Of a stretch of DNA of 32,000 nt, positions 25,005 to 32,000 are shown in pieces. Position 1 is the first letter of the stretch, and each line of letters opens with the position of its first letter. The notes below the pieces were generated by a model that worked only from the letters and a program-made list of their open reading frames with translations, was not told where the DNA came from and did no database searches. This DNA is from Bellilinea caldifistulae (GTDB lineage: Bacteria > Chloroflexota > Anaerolineae > Anaerolineales > Anaerolineaceae): positions 30,001 to 62,000 of the forward strand of contig NZ_LGHJ01000009.1 of assembly GCF_001306055.1 (NCBI RefSeq). Direction: 5' to 3'. A program made the position numbers and the translations under genes.

Positions 25005-26747
25005 ATGCCTCGATATCAAGGACTACCCGCCTCTCCGGGGATTGCAATTGGCCCGGCGCTGATCTACCGCACCCAAAAAGTCACCTTCACCGAACAGCGG
25101 GTGACCGTCCCGCGCGCCGAGTGGCGGGAATTGCAGCAGGCCATCCAGAAAGCGCACACCCAGTTGACCGCGCTGGAGGAGCGTGCCCGCAAAATGGCTG
25201 GCGAGGAGGAAGCCGCCATCTTCGAGGCACACCGCCTGTTTCTGGATGACGAAGAACTGCTGGCGAAACTGCGCACGATGGTGCTGGAAGAACGGCTGAA
25301 CGCCAAAGCCGCCGTCCATCACGCCTTTGAGCAGTACGCCGAAGCGCTGCTGGGATTGGAGGAGGAGTATTTTCAGGCACGGGCGCAGGATTTGCGGGAT
25401 GTTGCCCAGCGGGTGATGAAGTGTCTGGAGGGGGAGGGTGACGATCCGTCGGTGGAAAGCGCGGCGGAGCCGGTCATTCTGGTGGCGGAAGACCTGACGC
25501 CGTCGGACACGATTCGCTTTGACCGCGAGCAGATTTTGGGGATCGTCACGGCCCGAGGTGGGCCGACCTCGCACTCGGCGATACTGGCGCGGGCGATGGG
25601 TGTGCCGGCGGTGGTCAGTGCGCCGTTCGATTTGAACGAAATCCGCAGTGGGACGCTGGCGATCTTGAACGGCAGCACGGGGCTGTTCAGCGTTGGGCCG
25701 ACCCTGCACGAGTTGGAAGTGGCGCGCAGGGAAAAAGAGGAATGGGAAGCCCGCCGGCGGGCGGAGTTGAGTCAGGCGGAGCTGCCCGCGGTGACCAAGG
25801 ACGGCGCATTTCGGGCGGAGGTGGTCGCCAACATCGGGAGTGTGGAGGATGCCGAGCTGGCGGTTCAGTTTGGAGCCGAGGGGGTAGGGCTGTTCCGCAC
25901 CGAGTTTTTGTACCTGCAGCGCAGCACCATGCCGACCATCACCGAACAGGTGCGCGCTTACCGGCGGGTGTTCGAGGTGATGGGCGAGCGGCCGGTGGTG
26001 GTGCGGACGCTGGACATTGGCGGAGACAAGGAAGTGCCCTACCTGGGGACGGAGAAGGAACCCAATCCGTTTCTGGGGTGGCGGGCGATCCGGATGATAC
26101 GCGAACGGCCGGACGTGCTGGAAAATCAGTTCATGGCGCTGTTGCAGGCTGCCGGGCAGGTGACGGCGGCGGGCATTCGCTGCGACCTGCGCATCATGCT
26201 GCCGATGGTTTCTTCGGTGGCGGAGGTGGAGCGGGCGCGCGAGATTTACGAAGAGGCCTGGAAGGCTCTGGAAGCGCAGGGGAAAGCGCTGCCGGAGAAA
26301 GTCCAGTTTGGGATCATGGTGGAGGTGCCGTCGGCGGCGCTGCTGGCGGATCACTTTGCGCCGCTGGTGGACTTTTTCAGCATTGGGACGAACGACCTGA
26401 CGCAGTACACGCTGGCAGTGGATCGGACGAACGAGCGGGTATCGGTGCTGGCCAGTCCGTATCACCCGGCGGTGCTGCGCTTGATTGAGATGACGATCCG
26501 GGCGGCGCACGCCCACGGCAAGTGGGTGGGTCTGTGCGGCGAGTTGGCGGGTGATCCGCTGGCAGTGCCGCTGCTGTTGGGGCTGCGGCTGGATGAGTTC
26601 AGCATGGTGCCGTCATCCATTCCGACGATCAAGGACTTGATTCGTCGGTGGAGTTTGAAAGGAGCGGAGGAAGTGGCGCAGGGGTGCCTGCGCTTTGGGC
26701 TGGCGGCGGATGTGATTGAGTATTTGAAGAGCCAGACACCACGTTGA
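25005..26747 (+). CDS. ptsI: Phosphoenolpyruvate-protein phosphotransferase (PTS Enzyme I)
   Basis: 580 aa. Active-site His context GGPTSHSAILARAMGVPAVV. PEP-utilising C-terminal domain motifs: GLFRTEFLY, RTLDIGGDK, NPFLGWRAIR, FFSIGTNDLTQY. Confidence 0.95.
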   Translation: MPRYQGLPASPGIAIGPALIYRTQKVTFTEQRVTVPRAEWRELQQAIQKAHTQLTALEERARKMAGEEEAAIFEAHRLFLDDEELLAKLRTMVLEERLNAKAAVHHAFEQYAEALLGLEEEYFQARAQDLRDVAQRVMKCLEGEGDDPSVESAAEPVILVAEDLTPSDTIRFDREQILGIVTARGGPTSHSAILARAMGVPAVVSAPFDLNEIRSGTLAILNGSTGLFSVGPTLHELEVARREKEEWEARRRAELSQAELPAVTKDGAFRAEVVANIGSVEDAELAVQFGAEGVGLFRTEFLYLQRSTMPTITEQVRAYRRVFEVMGERPVVVRTLDIGGDKEVPYLGTEKEPNPFLGWRAIRMIRERPDVLENQFMALLQAAGQVTAAGIRCDLRIMLPMVSSVAEVERAREIYEEAWKALEAQGKALPEKVQFGIMVEVPSAALLADHFAPLVDFFSIGTNDLTQYTLAVDRTNERVSVLASPYHPAVLRLIEMTIRAAHAHGKWVGLCGELAGDPLAVPLLLGLRLDEFSMVPSSIPTIKDLIRRWSLKGAEEVAQGCLRFGLAADVIEYLKSQTPR

Positions 26748-26798
26748 AAATTCGCCTCAGTTGCCATTGCTGGGGACAGACGATCTCTCCTTGCAAGA

Positions 26799-26830
26799 GG
26801 AAACGCCGGTGAGCGATGACCGGCGTTTCC
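26799..26830 (+). terminator. Terminator-like hairpin after ptsI
   Basis: 12-bp stem GGAAACGCCGGT / ACCGGCGTTTCC with an 8-nt loop. The trailing sequence TGTCTGA has no clear U-tract, so termination efficiency is uncertain. Confidence 0.45.
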
Positions 26831-27008
26831 TGTCTGAAGCGAACTCGAGAGAATGTTACGATTTTAATTTGTTTTTTGGTGAAAGAAGTCTACTATATTT
26901 TGGAGATCTTCCTTTTATTCCGAATTCGGGTTAGTTAAGCACTCTTTATTAACAGCCAACAAGATGGCGCAGCGTAATCTCATCCCTGAAAGAAGAATTC
27001 GGTGAATT

Positions 27009-27830
27009 TTAGAGATTCTTTCTAAACTCTCTCACCGTCTCCATAAACACTTTCACCCTCGTTGGATCAACGTGGTTCTCAAAACATCCATCAACTTTGA
27101 AAGTAGTGCCAACTACTGCACCATCAGCAATTCTTAATTGTTCACGCACATTTTCCAGACGAACACCTGTGTTGGCAAAAACAGGGGTGTCGCCAACGGC
27201 TTCTTTCACCTTTTGTAGAACACTGACATCCGTTTGAGTTCCCGCCGTCAAACCAGAGACGCATAATCCATCCGGCCGATGATTGAAAACTGTGGAACGG
27301 GCAATTTCCACCACATCCCGATCAGCAAGATATTTTGCAGCCTCAGGCACGATATTGAAAAGCAGTTTTACATTCCTTGCGCTTATCATTTGGCGGTGAC
27401 GGACAGCCTCACCCGCGTTCGGATTCCAAAGACCAAAATCACTCGCGTAAACACCAGAAAAGATTTCTCGAACGAATGCGGCTCCCGTTGCTGCGGCTAA
27501 ATCAAGTGATGCTTCAGGGTCCCAAAGGACATTAACCCCAAACGGCACTTTGATTTCATGCATAATTTCACCAATCACCCGGGCCATGCTGGCAACTGTT
27601 ATAGCATGGACCTTGGTCAGATAAGGCATACTGAATTCATTGGAAAACATGACAGCATCAACACCGCCCTCTTGTAAAGCGAGTAGATCTTTTCGCGCCC
27701 AAGCGATCACTTCTTTCATCCCTTTTTCTTCATCGTAATAGGGATCGCCCGGCAGGGGTAAAAGGTGACACATAGCAATAATCGGCTTTCTTACTCCAAA
27801 AGTTTCTTCAATCCAATTGTTCATAATCAT
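27009..27830 (-). CDS. BtpA/SgcQ family TIM-barrel protein
   Basis: KPIIAMCHLLPLPGDPYY, GGVDAVMFSNEF, FGVNVLWDP and GLCVSGLTAGT are characteristic of the BtpA/SgcQ family. Confidence 0.75.
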   Translation of the reverse strand: MIMNNWIEETFGVRKPIIAMCHLLPLPGDPYYDEEKGMKEVIAWARKDLLALQEGGVDAVMFSNEFSMPYLTKVHAITVASMARVIGEIMHEIKVPFGVNVLWDPEASLDLAAATGAAFVREIFSGVYASDFGLWNPNAGEAVRHRQMISARNVKLLFNIVPEAAKYLADRDVVEIARSTVFNHRPDGLCVSGLTAGTQTDVSVLQKVKEAVGDTPVFANTGVRLENVREQLRIADGAVVGTTFKVDGCFENHVDPTRVKVFMETVREFRKNL

Positions 27831-27864
27831 TATCCTTGTCGTTTTTCTGGTTTAATTTCTATTC

Positions 27865-29400
27865 TTAGTGTATTTCGATGTACCTTGCCAGCTGATGCAT
27901 TAAAGATTTTGTGCGAGGATAAATCTCTCTGAATATCCAATATGGTTCTTCGTATCTCTTGTGGTTATCGAAATCTGGCTCAATTACATCCTTTACCTTT
28001 ACCCACTGCTTAATTTCAGCCAGATTTTTGTAAAGACCTATTCCAACTGCTGCTAAGAAAGCATCTCCATAACTTGCCCCAATTTGTTGTTCAGGAATTG
28101 AAATCTGTAAGCCACAAATATCCGAGACAATTTGCATCCATAAAGGATTCTTACTTCCACCGCCAATAGCAAACAAATTTATCGGAGAAACCCCTTCATG
28201 GCTCATTTCTTCAAAATTGTGTCGAATTCCATAAGCCACCCCTTCTAAAATCGCTCGATACACATCAGCTTTGGTGTGTGCTAACCGCAGACCGAACAGA
28301 ACTCCGCGTGCGTTCGGGTCATGTATAGGAGTTCGTTCCCCTTCAAAATAAGGGAGACAAATTAAGCCATTAGCTCCAAGCGGTGAGTTTGCAGCCATAG
28401 CCGCCAGCAACGCATAAGCACCATCTGTCCCAGCATTTGCTACTTCCTGCTGAGCGAATTGATCTCGAAACCAGGTAGTCAGGCTTCCTGCAGTTGACAT
28501 TCCGCCCAGAAATGCAAAAGATCCGCTTTCCAAAAAATTGGCACTCCAAAAATGTTGAGTCCTTATCAATTGTTCCGTTTTCATTATAAAAAAGACACTG
28601 CTTCCGAACATCAACATCATGTCACCAAACGCCGCAACCCCTGCCGCAATCGCTTCCGCAGCTGCATCGGTAGTTCCACACACCACCGGAGTTCCTTCTG
28701 CCAGCCCCGTAATCTGAGCTGCTTCTCTGGTCACTTTGCCAACCACTTCATGGCTCCAATACAGGGGGGGAAGCCGGTCAAAGGAAGTTATCACATCACC
28801 GAGTTCTACTAACCAACGTTGTTCTTGAGTACCGAATAAGGGTGCATAACCACTGGCGGTATAAATATCAATCGAGGGTTGGCCGGTTAATTTATAAACA
28901 AGGTAAGCCTGACTGGTCAGAAACCAGCGCGCTCTTTGAAAAACACCCGGTTCATTATTCCGTATCCACAAAATCTTTGGACCAGAAGCTTGAGAGGTAA
29001 GATGAGCACCACTGGTTTGAAAAATAAAATCTTTGCGGAGTTTTCGTTCTAATTGCCGAATTTCCTTCGTCGCCCGGGTGTCAATCCCGTACAAAATAGC
29101 GGGACGCAACGGTTTGCCTTCTTCGTCAATAGGCAGCACACAGGAACCAATAGCACTGATGCCAATTCCCACAATTTCACCGGGTTTGATCCCGGATTTA
29201 TTCAGTAATTCCTTGACGATTTCTACAAAATCACGCCACCAGACTTGTTCAGCATCATGCTCAAAGTAGCCCGGTTTGGGATTTGCCATTCCATGGGGTA
29301 CCACATGGGTGGCTACTAGGCTGCCATCAGGCTTAACCAAGACTCCTTTTGAAGAGTATGTTCCAATATCCACGCCCAACAAGTAGAGATTGGTCATCAT
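27865..29400 (-). CDS. FGGY-family carbohydrate kinase
   Basis: N-terminal LGVDIGTYSSKG and C-terminal AIGGGSKNPLWMQIVSDI motifs. 511 aa. Confidence 0.85.
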   Translation of the reverse strand: MMTNLYLLGVDIGTYSSKGVLVKPDGSLVATHVVPHGMANPKPGYFEHDAEQVWWRDFVEIVKELLNKSGIKPGEIVGIGISAIGSCVLPIDEEGKPLRPAILYGIDTRATKEIRQLERKLRKDFIFQTSGAHLTSQASGPKILWIRNNEPGVFQRARWFLTSQAYLVYKLTGQPSIDIYTASGYAPLFGTQEQRWLVELGDVITSFDRLPPLYWSHEVVGKVTREAAQITGLAEGTPVVCGTTDAAAEAIAAGVAAFGDMMLMFGSSVFFIMKTEQLIRTQHFWSANFLESGSFAFLGGMSTAGSLTTWFRDQFAQQEVANAGTDGAYALLAAMAANSPLGANGLICLPYFEGERTPIHDPNARGVLFGLRLAHTKADVYRAILEGVAYGIRHNFEEMSHEGVSPINLFAIGGGSKNPLWMQIVSDICGLQISIPEQQIGASYGDAFLAAVGIGLYKNLAEIKQWVKVKDVIEPDFDNHKRYEEPYWIFREIYPRTKSLMHQLARYIEIH

Positions 29401-29418
29401 TCACCCCTTTTTGCGTCT

Positions 29419-30492
29419 TTAAAACAAGAACTGACCATTTTTGAATATCAATTGACCATCTAAATAAATTTCCCCAAATTGCCGGGTATCTTTCACAATA
29501 TCCCAGTGAATTGCAGATTGATTTGTCCCGCCTGTTTGGGGATAAGCTCGGCCTAACGCGATATGGATTGTTCCTCCAATTTTTTCGTCTAACAATATGT
29601 CCTTTGAAAAGTACTTTACTTCTGGGTTTGTTCCAATTGCAAATTCACCAATCTTACTAGCCCCCGCATCAGTGTTAATAATCGAATGAAGGAAATCCTG
29701 ATTACTGGATGAGGTTGCTTCTATTAAGTGGCCTTTTTCCCACCGGAGACGAATGTCGTTCATTAAGCGCCCCCCCAACACACCCGGAAATTCAAAATAA
29801 ATATATCCATCCACACTTGACTCTACTGGTGAAGTTGCAATTTCTCCATCGGGCATATTGCTCATGCCAAGCGCAGCTTCCCAGGTTCTGCCTTCAATCG
29901 AGAAGCTCAGGTCGGTTTCATTACCGACCAGTCGGACATGTTTACCCCGACTCAATTTCCCTGCCCACTGTCTCCACTGTTCTCCAACTTTCTCCCAATC
30001 CAGAAAACAAGCGTTGAAGAACATATCTGTAAGGGTTTCCTCATCCATTCCGGCTTGTTGAGCAAGAGAAGCGTTGGGCACTCTGACCAGACACCAGCGT
30101 GTCTTTTGCCATCGTAAGGTCGAAATTGCCCCCATTGATTTTCGCAGGAGAGCAAGTTTATCAGAAGGGATATCCCAGAACACCTCCAAATTATAGGCCC
30201 CCCTCAAACCAAAATATACATCAGCCCATTCCATTCCAAAAGATTCAATTTCCGGGACCCAGCCAATTTGTTCTACCGATCCGTATTTTAAAAGTTGGCG
30301 GTTCAACCCATCCGACAAGAATTGAACCTGCGGATAAGCCCCCGCCTTAATACAAGCCCGATACACCGCCTCGACTAAAGGATATGTCTCCAGCTCGATA
30401 AAGGCAATCATAACTCGTTCGCCGGTTTGAACGCGGGTAGAATAATTGACCAATAAATCCCCTAATTGTTGCCATCGTTTATCCATAATCAT
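29419..30492 (-). CDS. M29 family aminopeptidase (AmpS/PepS-like)
   Basis: 357 aa with M29-like organisation: LLVNYSTRVQTGERVMI, EFAIGTNP, GGTIHIALGRAY. Confidence 0.65.
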   Translation of the reverse strand: MIMDKRWQQLGDLLVNYSTRVQTGERVMIAFIELETYPLVEAVYRACIKAGAYPQVQFLSDGLNRQLLKYGSVEQIGWVPEIESFGMEWADVYFGLRGAYNLEVFWDIPSDKLALLRKSMGAISTLRWQKTRWCLVRVPNASLAQQAGMDEETLTDMFFNACFLDWEKVGEQWRQWAGKLSRGKHVRLVGNETDLSFSIEGRTWEAALGMSNMPDGEIATSPVESSVDGYIYFEFPGVLGGRLMNDIRLRWEKGHLIEATSSSNQDFLHSIINTDAGASKIGEFAIGTNPEVKYFSKDILLDEKIGGTIHIALGRAYPQTGGTNQSAIHWDIVKDTRQFGEIYLDGQLIFKNGQFLF

Positions 30493-30508
30493 GCTCCTTT
30501 AACTTAAC

Positions 30509-31549
30509 TCAGTCGTTTTGTGTTCGGCCCCGAACAAAGTAATTCACAATGAATATTATTATGAGGAGGATCCCCCACGCAAAATCCCTGAAAAATGAAC
30601 TCCCACGTACCCCCGTCAGCAACATATGAAAACCCGTTGAGAGAACCTGTAATATCAACACTGCGATAAAAATATCAATCACTTTACCAAAACCAGGAAT
30701 TACCCCCGCCAGCACAGAAATTAGGATAGTTAATAGTACATAAGTAGTGGTTCCATATTCATAAGCAGCAGACATTGTTCGGCTCATCACTAAAATACCA
30801 GTAACTGCAGAGAGAATCCCACTCAAAACATATACTCCAAGCAACACTTTCCGATTTTCTACAGCAGAAAATTCGGCAGCAGTGGGATTGGTACCGATCA
30901 TGCGGGTCTTGAATCCAAAGGGTGTGCCGTTGAGAATGATATAAGTCAGGAGGGTGAAAACAACAAAGATAATGAACGGAATAGGAATTCCAGCAATAGT
31001 TTTGCTTCCAATGATTGAAACGCTCTCAGGGAAACCGGTTACAGTAACTCCTTTGGTCAAGCCGGTAGAAATGCCCGTAAAAAATGTGAAGGTAGCCAGG
31101 GTTGCGAGAATGGGAGGAACACCGATATAGCCGATCATTACCCCATTCAGTACGCCGCATAAAAATCCAACTAAAATTGCAATGATAAAAGCCCCAATCA
31201 CGTACCATCCCAACAGATTCGGATCTACCTCAGTAGGAATCATGCGGGTCAAAAACAAACCAGCAACCACAGCAGCTAAATTTGAAGTAGCATTGACGGA
31301 TAAGTTAATACCACCACATAAAATGGTGATCATCATTGCCAGCGATAGTATGCCCAGCTCTGGCAATTGAAAAGCCATTGAAGTGATACTTCTTGGTGTA
31401 AAGAATTTTTGAACAGTAAAAGTAAAAAACAATGTCAAAGTGATGAAAACACCGGTAAGAAGAAGAGTCTGACCATCAATATGAAGATGTTTCAAAAAGA
31501 TGGTTACTTGTGAATTTTTTGTTACTTTGGGTGTCGATTCTTCTGTCAT
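30509..31549 (-). CDS. Sugar ABC transporter permease (RbsC/AraH-like)
   Basis: Polytopic protein with GGINLSVNAT (family motif GGIDLSVG) and a hydrophobic profile typical of the family. Confidence 0.75.
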   Translation of the reverse strand: MTEESTPKVTKNSQVTIFLKHLHIDGQTLLLTGVFITLTLFFTFTVQKFFTPRSITSMAFQLPELGILSLAMMITILCGGINLSVNATSNLAAVVAGLFLTRMIPTEVDPNLLGWYVIGAFIIAILVGFLCGVLNGVMIGYIGVPPILATLATFTFFTGISTGLTKGVTVTGFPESVSIIGSKTIAGIPIPFIIFVVFTLLTYIILNGTPFGFKTRMIGTNPTAAEFSAVENRKVLLGVYVLSGILSAVTGILVMSRTMSAAYEYGTTTYVLLTILISVLAGVIPGFGKVIDIFIAVLILQVLSTGFHMLLTGVRGSSFFRDFAWGILLIIIFIVNYFVRGRTQND

Positions 31550-31569
31550 TTTTTCTCTCGAATAAATAA

Positions 31570-32000
31570 TTAATCTGATTGAGTTAATTGACTGGTATGC
31601 CCCATACGTTTAGCCCTCAAATTCCTCAAAGCAGGAATAGAGGTGAATAAAATCAAGATTACACCAACAACGAATCTCTGCCACTCAACCGGAATACCGG
31701 TGAGAATCAACGCCCGGTTGATAACTTGAATAACCAGCACCCCCAGCGTGGTTCCAATAATAGAGCCGCTACCGCCGGTTATTGCTGCTCCTCCCAATAT
31801 GATCGCTGCTAAAACATCCAGTGGTTGGGTAATGAAAATCACCGGGTTAAAGTATCGGCTTAGAAATGCCTGTGTAACACCGGCAATTGCCGAGAACAAT
31901 CCCATGATGCCGAAAATTACGAAGAAAATTAAGCGCACATTGAAACCAGAGCGGACGGCTACTTCGCGATTCCCTCCAATTGCATAAACCCCTCTCCCTA
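31570..32000 (-). CDS. Sugar ABC transporter permease, C-terminal part (continues beyond window)
   Basis: The frame stays open to the window edge. C-terminal family pattern: ILGGAAITGGSGSIIGTTLGVLVIQVINRALILTGIPVEWQ. Confidence 0.7.
   Translation of the reverse strand, partial: GRGVYAIGGNREVAVRSGFNVRLIFFVIFGIMGLFSAIAGVTQAFLSRYFNPVIFITQPLDVLAAIILGGAAITGGSGSIIGTTLGVLVIQVINRALILTGIPVEWQRFVVGVILILFTSIPALRNLRAKRMGHTSQLTQSD

Noticed and set aside
25023-26516. 497-aa antisense ORF, plus other antisense and alternate-frame ORFs (25064..25678 on the minus strand, 25742..26488 on the plus strand) across ptsI
   Set aside because: These are typical stop-poor alternate frames of a very GC-rich gene. The translations are Arg/Pro/Gly/His-rich low-complexity sequence, whereas the sense frame is an unambiguous Enzyme I.
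26924-26952. ATTCGGGTTAGTTAAGCACTCTTTATTAA downstream of ptsI loosely resembles the junction ATTCGAGTTCTGCCGGGGGCACTCTGTATTTAA, so it could be a distal att-type direct repeat closing an island
   Set aside because: The match needs an indel and loses the whole GC-rich acceptor core. I cannot assess its significance by eye. The enclosed segment also contains ptsHI of a different composition. A proper local alignment with statistics would be needed before proposing it.

Overview
Bacterial chromosomal window; the taxon cannot be assigned from sequence alone. Composition is a mosaic. Hand G+C counts on single 60-nt lines give 34/60 at 6001, 28/60 at 13381, 20/60 at 16921, 43/60 at 25741 and 25/60 at 30661. 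(1) 1-11.7 kb, GC-rich: a PAS histidine kinase / OmpR-type regulator / GAF-PAS histidine kinase operon. It is followed by a convergent, translationally coupled three-gene operon (TPR + GT-B-like protein, a GT-B-like paralog, a non-canonical FGE/SUMF1-domain protein), an M23 peptidase, a PilZ protein and a Cache-HAMP chemoreceptor. (2) 11.89-12.54 kb holds the most unusual element. A consensus sigma70-type promoter is followed by tRNA-Arg (anticodon read as GCG). Then come eight tandem 59-nt repeats, each re-copying the last 23 nt of the tRNA, and then a strong intrinsic terminator. A frameshifted ISAs1-family transposase remnant follows. (3) 13.2-24.7 kb, AT-rich: a SorC-family regulator and a plus-strand run of tightly packed or overlapping genes. 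It encodes L-ascorbate-family PTS EIIA/EIIB/EIIC interleaved with a GH42 glycosidase, a ketose 3-epimerase-like protein and a domain-permuted DhaL-DhaK kinase. It also encodes a FucI/AraA-like isomerase, a class II aldolase fused to a C_GCAxxG_C_C domain, and a HAD-IIA phosphatase. (4) 24.7-26.7 kb: very GC-rich ptsH-ptsI whose start overlaps the AT-rich operon. (5) 27-32 kb, AT-rich minus-strand operon: two sugar ABC permeases, an M29 aminopeptidase, an FGGY kinase and a BtpA/SgcQ-family protein. Best candidates for undescribed biology are the tRNA-3'-end tandem array and the unassigned PTS-linked sugar pathway with its two unusual fusion proteins.
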